Shown piece after piece: positions 12,223 to 24,276 of a stretch of DNA of 32,968 nucleotides. The position numbers were made by a program, and so were the translations under genes. Origin of the DNA: Macrostomum lignano (lineage: Eukaryota); contig NIVC01000331.1 of the NCBI GenBank assembly GCA_002269645.1, positions 1 to 32,968 of the forward strand. Reading direction: 5' to 3'. The notes beneath the pieces are model-generated. The model searched no databases. It saw only the letters and a program-made list of their open reading frames with translations, and had not been told where the DNA came from. The stretch's first letter is position 1. Each line of letters opens with the position of its first letter.

Positions 12223-12255
12223 AACTGCAAACCAGAGCTGCCAATGCCTTTTATC
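12223..12255 (-). promoter_or_regulatory. Putative TATA-like (GATAAAAG, 12255-12248) plus initiator-like (CAGTT, 12227-12223) core promoter
   Basis: About 29 bp spacing, about 60 bp upstream of the ATG; GA-rich tract further upstream at about 12362-12402. Confidence 0.35.
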
Positions 12256-14837
12256 GAGCGATTCTCGATTCCGTGCGCCCCCACCTCAGCGCCTCTGTCC
12301 ATGAGGGACAACGCCCCTTTGCTTCTCTGCGCTGCTGTCTGCATACCATATGGGGACACAGGGCGAGAGGAGAGAAGAGGAGAGAGAGAGCATAGAGAGG
12401 GGAAGGAAGCTTCACGGCGTTGTCAATGACAACCGATGCAAAACTTGCACAGGAGTAGAAAGGAAGTTTTGAAAAAAGTCTTTGCCGAGAGTCGTTACCA
12501 ACAGAGCGTGAGGGTGGAGCTGACAGGTAAATTGTACGTTCACCTGTAGGTGTACAGCATACTGTATTCGAGAGACGAGGACCTCAGTACAGTATCAACT
12601 TCCTACCGCACCTCCTCTCCAATGTTTACATTTTCTCTCCCTTTCATTCATTGCTGGGGTGTTCCTACAGTAAATAGCTGCATGCATTGGAATCCGAGTC
12701 GACTTATTTATGCGCTCCCATTATATATTTCTCTCAACTTTCGTGTGCAGAGTTTTGGGGGCAGCTATAATAGTTTCTCGGTCTCGGTGTTTGCTCAAAT
12801 CTTTACCTGACTGGTCTCTTTTTGGCCAGCCTAATTCTGTCGGCACTTTAACAAAATAAAGCTATATAAATATGTAAAACTGCATCTCCTTCTCTGGAGA
12901 TACCAGTTGCATGTACTTAATTCTGATCTTAGTACGTTACTTATGAACAAGCCATGAAATTAAAGTTATCTGTATTTCGCGAATTCGCCTCATTACGAAT
13001 CTATTTTCAAAGTTTTTTCAGACTAATAAAATGATATTTTCAAACTAATAAAATGACCATATTCATGTTCACAGCTTCAATGTACATAATATGGTCTGTT
13101 GCTTGCCGCTTTTATATGCTACTTGCATTATTGGTTCATTTCATTTAAATGATACATGTATGTGAGTGAAACCAGCTGTTACCATATTTCAGTACATCGT
13201 ATTTAGTATCACCTGTATTTAATCACTTTTCATACGTTGGACTAAACTCAAATCACATTTAAACACCATTAAAAGCAATTCATGGAAATGAACAATTCTT
13301 AAAAAACCGAATAACTTTTCCTGAGTTTTCAAATCTATACAAAAAACTATTTTAAATCCAATTCCAAGATGGATCTCGGGAAAAATCCTCTGCTAAGATT
13401 CTTCATTTGACAAGGAGATAGTTATGTGAATCAAACTACATCACATACACATGTCACGATTGGTGCTTGTACATATACATATGTACATCACATGTACATG
13501 TAGACAGAGTCAACTCATACAGGTTTGGGTAACCAAAACCATAAAGCTAACAATAAACAGTGCAAGAACTAAATTACCTCTCTAAAAATTGCCCTCCTAA
13601 AAAATGCCTCGCGAGCGTTTAAGGAATCATTGCTACTGTTGTTGCAGATTAGCTACATGTAATACATGTTACCTAAAGAAGCAAAATATGGTCTTAGTTT
13701 GAACAGAAATGATTCATCTGCCGATACAGTGTAGCAGATTTCCACGAGTAACACTTTAAGTTAGAGAAGTCAACTCTTTAAAGCAGTTAATAAGGAACGT
13801 AGGAACCTCTCAACTTTTATAATAAAGTAAATCTGTAACGTTGAAAGTAACGTAATTTTCGCGTCATACTTTTTGTATGACTGGCGGGATTTTAATTTAC
13901 AGCGTGAAAAGTTTTTTTGCTAGCTAGCTTAGCGAGCAAGCGAGTTAAAAGTTTAATATGATTTGGCTATTGATTCAATTTCGTTTGTTCCTTTCAATTG
14001 CTGTTATTTGATGGCTCTATACTACAGTACTATTCCAGGCTATAGCATGCTAAATTATGCATGCGAAATGCTAGTCTATAATAATTTAGTCTTACACCAT
14101 ATCAATAAATAAAATTAGAAATTACCTGGGCAACAATGCAGCTATGAGCTATTTAAACATATGTTTATTGTGCTTTTACATTGTTTGTTGCCCTATTTCT
14201 TCAAAATTTTCTTTTTTACCTATTAGTTCTTAAATAAAACAAAGTCAATGTAATATATTTTACAGTATACAAAAAAGAATATTATAATGAATTCTAGAAA
14301 ACTTGTTAAAACAATAACAATAACAATCACAAAAACAAGTATTTTGTCAAAAATAATTATAATTACCTTGATCAGTTTTTTTGAAATTTTATGTCTTTTT
14401 AGGAATATAATTTTTGTTTGATTTGGTTTAACTTTTGTTTAAAATTTAAATAGATCAGAATTATTTTAATATGTGATTCATTTGCACTTTATCTTTGTTT
14501 GAATTTTAATGGTTTTTGCATTTGTTTAGAAAGAAATTTAAAATTTTGTTTAGAAAATTTAAATATGTTATTTCAGTAGTCCTTGCTATTCTTAATTATT
14601 TGATTGGGAATAAATTGAATAAATAAATATGTATATAATTCATCATGCATAATTTAAACTATTTTAATGCTTATAATGTGTATATACTAGGTCTTCTTTT
14701 CTTCTTATTCCGCTTTTATCATAATTATCATTATACAAAACTAGCTATACATATATTAAAGGCAAAATATTATTGTATAGATAAATTTTGAACTTCATGA
14801 ATATTTTAATAAAAAATGACTTCGCAAATTTCCCCAT

Positions 14838-14849
14838 GATTGGCCAATC
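14838..14849. promoter_or_regulatory. Palindromic double CCAAT box GATTGGCCAATC upstream of PPP1R2
   Basis: Perfect 12-bp palindrome carrying CCAAT on both strands, 21 bp before the ATG. Confidence 0.35.
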
Positions 14850-14870
14850 GGGTCCAGCAAAGCCTAGCAA

Positions 14871-15111
14871 ATGTCCAACATTCCCCCGCCACTCAACCTG
14901 CGACCCAAAAAGGGCATTCTAAAGTCTCGCAGTCACCATCATCGTCTGTCGCAACAGCTGCGACCAGAGCATCAGCAGCAGCTGCAGATGCGGTTGAAAC
15001 AGCAGCAACAGCAGGATGGCCTGACACCAGACGAGAGCACAGCTGGCTCTGCCTCCCACAAGCTGTTCCAATGGGACGAGATGAATATTCTAGCCACTTA
15101 CCACCCTGCAG
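14871..15111 (+). CDS. PPP1R2: Protein phosphatase inhibitor-2, exon 1
   Basis: KGILK (SILK) motif and WDEMNILATYHPA hallmark; donor GCA G|GTAGAC at 15111/15112, phase 1. Confidence 0.95.
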
Positions 15112-15153
15112 GTAGACTTTGAGCTTAACTGACAATAACTGACTGTTGAGTGA

Positions 15154-17090
15154 GTGATCCCAGATCCTCCCAGTCCCTCAGGGTGACTCAGTGATCCCAG
15201 ATCCTCTCAGTCCCTCAGGGTGACTCAGTGATCCCAGATCCTCTCAGTCCCTCAGGGTGACTCAGTAATCTCAGATCCTCTCAGTCCCTCAGAGTGACTC
15301 AGTGATCCCAGATCCTCTCAGTCCCTCAGGGTGACTCAGTGATCCCAGATCCTCCCAGTCCCTCAGGGTGACTCAGTGATCCCAGATCCTCCCAGTCCCT
15401 CAGGGTGACTCAGTGATCCCAGATCCTCCCAGTCCCTCAGGGTGACTCAGTGATCCCAGATCCTCCCAGTCCCTCAGGGTGACTCAGTGATCCCAGATCC
15501 TCCCAGTCCCTCAGGGTGACTCAGTGATCCCAGATCCTCTCAGTCCCTCAGGGTGACTCAGTGATCCCAGATCCTCTCAGTCCCTCAGGGTGACTCAGTA
15601 ATCTCAGATCCTCTCAGTCCCTCAGAGTGACTCAGTGATCCCAGATCCTCTCAGTCCCTCAGGGTGACTCAGTGATCCCAGATCCTCCCAGTCCCTCAGG
15701 GTGACTCAGTGATCCCAGATCCTCTCAGTCCCTCAGGGTGACTCAGTGATCCCAGATCCTCCCAGTCCCTCAGGGTGACTCAGTGATCCCAGATCCTCCC
15801 AGTCCCTCAGGGTGACTCAGTAATCTCAGATCCTCTCAGTCCCTCAGAGTGACTCAGTGATCCCAGATCCTCCCAGTCCCTCAGGGTGACTCAGTGATCC
15901 CAGATCCTGCCAGTCCCTCAGGGTGACTCAGTAATCTCAGATCCTCTCAGTCCCTCAGAGTGACTCAGTGATCCCAGATCCTCCCAGTCCCTCAGGGTGA
16001 CTCAGTGATCCCAGATCCTGCCAGTCCCTCAGGGTGACTCAGTAATCCCAGATCCTCTCAGTCCCTCAGAGTGACTCAGTGATCCCAGATCCTCCCAGTC
16101 CCTCAGAGTGACGCAGTGATCCCAGATCCTCCCAGTCCCTCAGGGTGACTCAGTGATCCCAGATCCTCCCAGTCCCTCAGAGTGACGCAGTGATCCCAGA
16201 TCCTCCCAGTCCCTCAAGGTGACTCAGTGATCCCAGGTCGTCCCAGTCCCTCAGAGTGACTCAGTGATCCCAGATCCTCCCAGTCCCTCAGGGTGACTCA
16301 GTGATCCCAGATCCTCCCAGTCCCTCAGGGTGACTCAGTGATCCCAGATCCTCCCAGTCCCTCAGGGTGACTCAGTGATCCCAGATCCTCTCAGTCCCTC
16401 AGGGTGACTCAGTGATCCCAGATCCTCCCAGTCCCTCAGGGTGACTCAGTAATCTCAGATCCTCTCAGTCCCTCAGAGTGACTCAGTGATCCCAGATCCT
16501 CCCAGTCCCTCAGAGTGACGCAGTGATCCCAGATCCTCCCAGTCCCTCAAGGTGACTCAGTGATCCCAGGTCGTCCCAGTCCCTCAGGGTGACTCAGTGA
16601 TCCCAGATCCTCCCAGTCCCTCAGGGTGACTCAGTGATCCCAGATCCTCCCAGTCCTCAGGGTGACTCAGTGATCCCAGATCCTCTCAGTCCCTCAGGGT
16701 GACTCAGTGATCCCAGATCCTCTCAGTCCCTCAGGGTGACTCAGTGATCCCAGATCCTCTCAGTCCCTCAGGGTGACTCAGTAATCTCAGATCCTCTCAG
16801 TCCCTCAGAGTGACTCAGTGATCCCAGATCCTCTCAGTCCCTCAGGGTGACTCAGTGATCCCAGATCCTCCCAGTCCCTCAGGGTGACTCAGTGATCCCA
16901 GATCCTCTCAGTCCCTCAGGGTGACTCAGTGATCCCAGATCCTCCCAGTCCCTCAAGGTGACTCAGTGATCCCAGGTCGTCCCAGTCCCTCAGGGTGACT
17001 CAGTGATCCCAGATCCTCCCAGTCCCTCAGGGTGACTCAGTGATCCCAGATCCTCCCAGTCCCTCAGGGTGACTCAGTGATCCCAGATCC
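15154..17090. repeat. 37-bp minisatellite GTGATCCCAGATCCTCCCAGTCCCTCAGGGTGACTCA, about 52 copies, filling the PPP1R2 intron
   Basis: Direct reading; period 37 (15154, 15191). Confidence 0.97.
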
Positions 17091-17150
17091 CCCTTTCGCT
17101 GATTCAGTGACTCAGTGCTCCCCGTTTGGAACCTACCGCACCCCAACCAG

Positions 17151-17563
17151 GCAAGGACTACGGCCACATGAAGGTGGACGAAGCGCCGACGCCTTACGAG
17201 GCGGCCCAGCCGGTCACCGAGGAAGATGAGGACCAGGACAGTGGTGGCGGCGGGCAGCCCCGGACCCGCCGCGCCAGCTTTGGTGACGCAGTGCCGGCCG
17301 AGTTGCTGGCCTCCCGGCTGCGCGCCGAGGCCGCCGATTCTGGTGGCGCCGGCGCCAACGCGCCATTGTCGCCGGTGCACGATTTGGACGCCGACGAGAG
17401 CGAGCTGAGCGCCGAGGAGCGGGAGAGAAGGCGCCAATTTCGGTTAAAACGGAAGCAGCACTACAATGAGTTCCAGGCGGCGCTTGTTGCTAGGCAACAG
17501 AGTCAGGAGGACGAAGATGACGAGGAGAAATGCGACGAAGCGGTTGGCATGGAATCCGGGTGA
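17151..17563 (+). CDS. PPP1R2: Protein phosphatase inhibitor-2, exon 2 (about 217 aa in total)
   Basis: Acceptor AACCAG|GC at 17150/17151, phase 1, giving HPAGKDYGHMKVDEAPTPY (GSK3-site PxTP) and FRLKRKQHYNE (PP1 active-site helix). Confidence 0.95.
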
Positions 17564-17589
17564 TCGGGGAGTCGGGGTACGCGGATTTT

Positions 17590-18017
17590 AAGATTGGGAT
17601 TGGGATTTTTGGGATCAGAAGTTGAAGATTGGGATTTTTGGGATCAGGAGTTGAAGATTGGGATTTTTGGGATCAGGAGTTGAAGATTGGGATTTTTGGA
17701 CTTGGGAGTTGAAGATTGGGATTTTTGGGATCAGGAGTTGAAGATTGGGATTTTTGGGATCAGGAGTTGAAGATTGGGATTTTTGGACTTGGGAGTTGAA
17801 GATTGGGATTTTTGGGATCAGGAGTTGAAGATTGGGATTTTTGGGATCAGGAGTTGAAGATTGGGATTTTTGGGATCAGGAGTTGAAGATTGGGATTTTT
17901 GGACTTGGGAGTTGAAGATTGGGATTTTTGGACTTGGGAGTTGAAGATTGGGATTTTTGGACTTGGGAGTTAAAGATTGGGATTTTCGGACTAGGGAGTT
18001 AAAGATTGGGATTTTTA
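17590..18017. repeat. 29-bp minisatellite TTGGGATTTTTGGGATCAGGAGTTGAAGA just 3' of the PPP1R2 stop
   Basis: Direct reading; about 14 copies with a GGACTTGGGAG variant. Confidence 0.95.
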
Positions 18018-19696
18018 CTCTGAAGTCGGGACGTGGACACTTTCTTTGAGAGTCCTATTCAGAGATCACGAGTCGAAAAAAGCAGTTCGAATGCACTTTC
18101 TGCAATACTAGCATAGGTTATTGTAGTGTTAGCAATCTTCATTCTGCTATATCTCCTAGCTATCTTCTTCACTTATCTCTGATCGAAAAGTAAATCATAG
18201 CTGTGAATGTATTTTTGTTAAGCTTTGGCACCATTTTTACATATCTCACACTTGTACGTTTAGTACTTGGAATTGGCAAATAATTGGCTAGCTTTGCTTA
18301 ACCTTTTGTTTATCGCATTAGCCGAATTTCTAAGAAAAATTAATTTCCTCATTTCAATAGTTTGCAAGGTTGTTTCTTTTAACTATTTTTATTGCTAAAT
18401 TTTGTCATCTGCAGAGAGAGCATTGTTGTATCAGATTATTTTCTTAGGACTACTAATATAAGTAGGCAGTTTGGCGCATGCAATCAATTGTTTAGAACAA
18501 TATTTTATCAGTAAAAATAATTATAATTGTCAAGATCTCCGCGCTGCCAACACACTGTTTATGTGTTGTGATGTATCCTAATTATTATGCACCCAAAATG
18601 ATACTACTTGGAGTAGTATATAATAAAAAACTGGCAAAGCCTGTCTGTCTTCTAGCAGACACGAGAATTGATTCCTGTTGTGAGGCCCTGATTGCAACAG
18701 GTCAATTATTAATGTATATTATAGCTTTACATTCCAATCAAAGGTTGAGGTAACTGCGGCCGACATTGTAGTTGAAGCTTCATCTGACTCACTTTTAGCA
18801 AGCGAAAGCAATCGTCATAAAGAGCTGCGCTTTCAAAACAAGCAAAAAATCGCACAACAAAACGCAAGCACAGAAAAAGCAAAGCAACTCAAATTTAGCA
18901 AAAATGAGGTGGTCAAATATTTGTAGTTGTTTGTAACACAATGAACTGCTGTGGATGCGCTACATATATAGTACTAATCAGTTTAAAAAACATGGAACTA
19001 TCCTTCAGTAAAAGAATCAGTGCGCTAAGACACGGACAGGTATGTACAATTATTCCATATGGCTGTGCTGAAGCAATACTTATTATTGATGTTAGGGCCT
19101 GCCGCATGCACAGTTATCACCGTTAGACTAGTTAAAGTTGCCAAGCGACTTTATACACGTAATTATTGTATGGAATCCTGATTTTGCTCATTTAAGTTTT
19201 CATATTCCATTGTATATCGCATCCGAAAGACAAAAACAGCAAAGCGGGTTGAACAACACTTAGAAGAACGGCAATTGCATTAAAAACTGACAGTCAAATA
19301 CGCACACTGCTGCTCTAAGTAGCGTATAAAGCGAATTTGATAGAAAAATGTGCTAAAAATTGATACTTACGTAAAAAGCGAAGTTTTGTGACTGCGCAGA
19401 TTTTATTCAGCATATAAAATATTAGTAGTAGCAAAAATATGTTAATCATGACACGCGCACGCAAACACGCGGTGTTGCGAATCGGAGGAACGCATTGCTT
19501 GACAAAGACGTGTTGAGTGATCATCATATATCGATATTTAACAGGATCAGACTATTGCTGGTTTGGATGGGGGGAATCATAGTGTTCATTATTAAGACCT
19601 TGACTATGCATATCAGCCTCCGGTTTCAAGCTGTCTATAAGCTAAATCGCATGATCTAAGAAAATGCCAGATTAGTGTGTTATTAATGATCCCAGC

Positions 19697-20508
19697 TCAG
19701 GCCAGAGTCTCATTGGCTGGCTGCCGCTTCTCCACCTGGACCTGCACTGGCGGGGTTTTTTCCGATACCCCGGAGCTGGCGGCCGACGATGCTGCTGGCG
19801 CCGTTTCCGCCACGTACGTCGAGGGCAGCGGAGGCCGCTCCTCCATGATGGGTGTCGCGCTGCCGCCAGAGCCGATCTCCGTGCTGCCGCTGCCGCCACT
19901 GCCGCCCGTCTTCGTCGAAGCCGTAGCCGTCCCTCCGCCGCCGATGCTGCTGCTGCCGCCGCCACCGCCGCGGAATGTCGACGTCGAGGTGGTCATCTGG
20001 TCGGAGTTGGCGCCGCCGCCAGGCAGTAGAGCAGCCCGGGAGCTCTCCTCCTCGTCGGCCTCCTCAAGATCTTCGCGAGCTTCGTCGAAGTCGCAGGCGG
20101 AGCCGGCGTACTGGGGCAGGTAGGCGCCGGGGTTGGCCAGCAGCATCCGCTGCAGGCTGGGCCGCCTGGGACCCACGCTGCCGCTGTAGCTGCCGCTGCA
20201 GTTGCTGCCGGCGCCGAGAGACTCGGAGCTGCCCATCATCACCATATGCTGTTGCATCATCCTGCCGCCATGGACGGGAGTTGGCCGGAGCATCTGGTGC
20301 TGCTGCTGCTGCTGCTGATAGTATTGCTGCTGTAGCTGGTGCTGGCAGCGGCCGCTGTGGCTGTGCGCTGGCGAGCCGGCCAGACTCGATGCCTGGCTGG
20401 CGCCGGCAGCGGCGGCCGATGGGGCGTACAGGCAGTAGGGACTGTCCGGGATGAGGTCGGGCGGGTTGCCGGGCCCGGTGTTCCAGTCCGACGTGTCCCA
20501 GTGATAGC
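19697..20508 (-). CDS. FAT1: FAT1/2/3-type cadherin, terminal exon (cytoplasmic tail)
   Basis: Acceptor CCGCAG|GC at 20509/20508, phase 1, encoding GYHWDTSDW, the conserved FAT1/2/3 tail motif; open to the stop at 19697 (ORF 19697..20293 is its 3' part). Symbol denotes the subfamily, not one-to-one orthology. Confidence 0.92.
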
Positions 20509-20836
20509 CTGCGGTTTCAAATGAATGTCCAGTAGTTAGCGATGGTATTGATTAGGTTTGCTACATTAAAAATCACCCATAAAGTGCTTGCAAATTTTCA
20601 AGACGAGCAATTTTTTCAGTGTGTTTTATAGTTCAATGCAGTTTGGTTAGGCGTGCGAAGTTTCACTGGAGTTTCACTGGCTGTCAAACCAAGTAGTTGG
20701 GACTGTCAAACCAAGTAGATTAATCAGGCGATCCTTGACCGAAGCTTACTACTTCCAGCAGGGGAAGAGAAAATCTCAAGCCTACAGAAAGAAAGCTAGG
20801 AGAAGTAAATCCCACTATAAGAACAAACCCAAGGCG

Positions 20837-21273
20837 CTGGAATCTCAAGCTGGGGAATCCCAAATTAGGGGAATCCCAAGCTGAGGGATCTTAAGTGGGG
20901 GATTCCAATCTAGGGAAAGCCCAATCTGGGGCAATCCCAATCTAGAGGAATCCCAATCTGGGGGGATTCCAAGCTGGGGAAATCCCAATCTAGAGGAATC
21001 CCAAGCTAGGGGAATCCCAATCTGGGAGAATCCAAATCTAGGGGAGTCCCAAGCTGTGGGAATCCTAAGGTAGGAGAATCCCAATCTGGGGGAATTCCAA
21101 GCTGGGGTAATCCCAATCTGGAGGAATTCCAAGCTAGGGAATCCCAATCTGGTAGAATCCAAATCTAGGGAGTCCCAAGCTGTGGGAATCCTAAGGTAGG
21201 GGAATCCCAATATGGGGGAATTCCAAGCTGGGGTAATCCCAAGCTGGGGGAATCCAAGCTGGGGGAATCCAAG
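20837..21273. repeat. 15-16-bp degenerate minisatellite CTGGGGAATCCCAA(G/T), intronic
   Basis: Direct reading; source of spurious ORF 20845..21450. Confidence 0.93.
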
Positions 21274-22025
21274 TATCGCAGACGAGAAACGATGCGGCTG
21301 TGTAAATGAAATTACAAAGCAGCATCTGACTAAAGAGTTAAACGCTGAAAATGCAACTACTAATAAGTAGTATACGAGTACTGAATATGAGCTAGCAAAA
21401 AAGCTATTGTCTTTTTCTTCCGAAACTAAAGTAGGAGGAAAAGCCGACAAAACAGAAACAAAGCAAACAGAAACTTATATAAGCATACACAGAACTGCCG
21501 AATATATGAATTATAATGCTTGTTTACTAAGTACCATATAATATAAAGCTATATACAAAAATCCAGACCCGAAACCGCCACAACGTGCAAGCGCGACTAT
21601 ATAGAGCAAAGCCAACACACCAATAGGGGACAAGAGACTGCCTAGGACTACTCCTATATTACTGGGATGCTACTCATAGTAGTAACAGTAGTTAGTGAGT
21701 TAGCGGCAACGCTTGTTAATACAAATTAATAATTAAGTAGTACATATTGTTATAAGGCATTACATTGCAATCGCAAATTATGCAAACGCTGTGTGTGGAT
21801 GCAAAATGAAGCTGAACAAATGAATGGCGTTATGGCTTTTTAGTGTTTGTTGTGCGCGCATGCGACTTTCCCGATGAAAGCGATTCTGGTCACACAGCAA
21901 CGTTTTCAACGGGAAAGTTCGCCGGCACAAATGAAATTTTAAAGACGCCAAATGAATGGGAAATTATTATAGGGTTGCAGGACTGGCTTAGGAGGGTTAC
22001 AACTCGGGGGGGGGGGGGTACCAAC

Positions 22026-22091
22026 CTTGCCGGGAGGCGTGCGAGCCAGCCGGTGACACGCTGCCACCAACACCACCAAAGTGGTGAACCT
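22026..22091 (-). CDS. FAT1: Candidate 66-nt cassette exon of the FAT cytoplasmic domain (EVHHFGGVGGSVSPAGSHASRQ)
   Basis: Acceptor ATTATTTGCAG|AG and donor CAAG|GTTGGT; phase 1/1, length divisible by 3, no stop; GC-rich island in an AT-rich intron. Confidence 0.55.
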
Positions 22092-22666
22092 CTGCAAATA
22101 ATTGGAGAGCGATGATGAGTACCTTCTTTTTTAAATAACAACAAAACAAAGGTAATTAGCTATATATCGGAGAGTTGCTGGGAACTTGGCTAAGGGAAAA
22201 TCGAAGAACAGCAGCAGCGGCAGCACCAATAGAAGCAGGGACAGGTAGTAATTTTCATAATTTCGAAGTGTTCAATTTCTCGATACTTAAATCTACTTGT
22301 AGTAGCATTGATAGCCTTTTATGAAAATTCTATTTAGCAAAACAGAAAATTAAAAAGCATCAAATATGCATAGAACACGCTAGCCAGCCGGCGCAATGCA
22401 ATGCAAATGCAAATGTGACTAATATTAATAGTATTAATAATAGTAAATACTAGTAATAAAATGCACGGACACGTCTAAAATCAAAACTTGACAGGCTTGA
22501 ACTACTTATAGTAGGTTGGGAAAAAACAAAGTTAGCACGCCTGCAACAAGCTGCTAAGATGTAAATACCGCCTGCGTCATCGGTTGCATACTACTTAGAT
22601 AGATTAGATATCAAGTAGTATATGTGAAGCGAAAAAGAAACAGACAGGCCTCCCCAGAGAGCTCAC

Positions 22667-24162
22667 CCTGCTCATCGATGATGTCGCCCAGAGCGGATCC
22701 GGCGCCCTGTCTGGCGTAGAGCCGGGAGCCTCGGCTATGCAGAAACGCCGGCTGCAGGTGGTGCTGCTGATGATGATGGTGCCCGTGATGCGGCTGCTGC
22801 TGCTGCTGCTGCTGCTGGTTGGGGCGCCGGCTGATGGTGGCGGTGCAGCTGGGCGTCAGGCAGCGGGTTGGCGTCCCGGCCGTGTCCGAGTAGAAGCTGA
22901 ACGGCCTCGGCGGATGCGGCTTATCGTAGGCGGCGTAGGAGGCGGCAACGGCGGCCGCCTCGGGCAGGTTGTGCTCGCTGCTGTAGCAGTTGGGCACGGA
23001 GTGGCGCAGGTCCAGCTGGCGCTGCGGCACCATGCAGGTCTCGCCAGTGGCCAGCGTCACCAGGGCCATGGCCTCGGCCGGGTCGTGGCTGGAGCACTGC
23101 CTGTAGGTGCCGCTGCCCAGGGTGCTGCCGCTCTTGGCTGCCGCGGCTGCAGCGGCAGCAGCCGACGACGAGGCGTGTCGATCTTTGCCGTGTCGGCGAC
23201 GAACTCCGCCGCCGCTGCCGCCGCCGCGCCGCCTGCTGCAGTAGGACACCACAAAGAAGATTGTCAAAGCCAGTAGCAATATAATTGAGATGGAGCTCAG
23301 TATGGCGACAACTTCGTGGAAGCTGAGGCCTAACAGGGCGGAGCTGCCGCTGTCAACGCCAGGCACGTGGAAAGTCTCGCAGCTGCGGCCGCTGTAGCCA
23401 AGCGAGCAGTTGCAGTAGTAGCTGCCCGGCTGGTTCACGCACACGCCTCGCCCGCCGCAGGGAGACCGGGCGCCGCCTCCGCCAGCTGGCGCGCCGCCGC
23501 CTGAGCACTCGTCGACGTCCACGCCGCAGGTCGGGCCCTGGTAGCCGGTGCCGCCGCAGTGGCAGATGGCGCCGCTGGGGCTCTCCTCGCATCTGGCGTT
23601 GTTCTCGCAGGGATTAACGTCGCGGCCGCAGTAAATTCCGAATTCGCAACGACTGCCGGACAGGCCGGCCGGACACTCGCAGGTGAAATGCCGGCCAGAT
23701 TGGTGGCAGGTGGCGCCGTTGAGGCAGGGCGATTCGGCGCACGGCTCCGTGTTGATCTCGCATTGGCGCCCAATGTAGGGGCTGGCGCACTGGCACTGGT
23801 AGCCGCCGGGGGTGTTGCTGCACACGCCGGCGTGCTGACAGGGGGCCACGGCGCACGCGGTGCCAAAGTACGTGTTCGAACAGCCGGTGGTGGCGCCCTC
23901 GGTGCCGCTGGTCAGGCTGACACGGGGCAGGTTGCCTGGCTGAGCCTGCTGCTGCTGCTGCTGCTGCTGCCGCTCGGAGACTGGCAAAGGCAGGCCGTTC
24001 AGCCGCATCTGGCCGAGGCAGCCAACGTAGGCGCGGCCAGTCGATACGCGCTTCTGCGTTGGCGCGTCCGACCAGGGTATGGCGCGCAAGGTTGGCTCGA
24101 TTGAGTCTACTAGGAGTTCGATAGTCCAGTTCCTCAGCGCCTGCTCGGAGCGGGCCACGCGG
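22667..24162 (-). CDS. FAT1: FAT-type cadherin exon: end of LamG, four EGF-like domains (last calcium-binding type), TM helix, start of cytoplasmic tail
   Basis: Acceptor CCCGCAG|C at 24163/24162 (phase 2), donor CAG G|GTGAGC at 22667/22666 (phase 1); GCLGQMRLNG LamG end, EGF Cys spacing, DVDEC, TM VVAILSSISIILLLALTIFFVV. Confidence 0.93.
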
Positions 24163-24276
24163 CTGCGGGTTTTCGAGGGAGAAGGGATAAGGGCTGCTGG
24201 TTGATACGATTCAGGATTCTGTGTGACCCCTGCGTGTCCTTGGTTGACCTTCCATTTTTTTCTCTTTCTATCTGTC

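Noticed and set aside
22611-22666. ORF-track C-terminus ELSGEACLFLFRFTYTT* for the cadherin
   Set aside because: Read-through into the intron past a strong GTGAGC donor; the conserved tail motif is in the exon at 20508.
22737-24104. Long plus-strand and alternative-frame ORFs over FAT exons (22737..23276, 23559..24104, 23435..23866, 19677..20123) and over PPP1R2 (17027..17437)
   Set aside because: Shadow ORFs expected in GC-rich coding sequence; the recognisable domains are in other frames.
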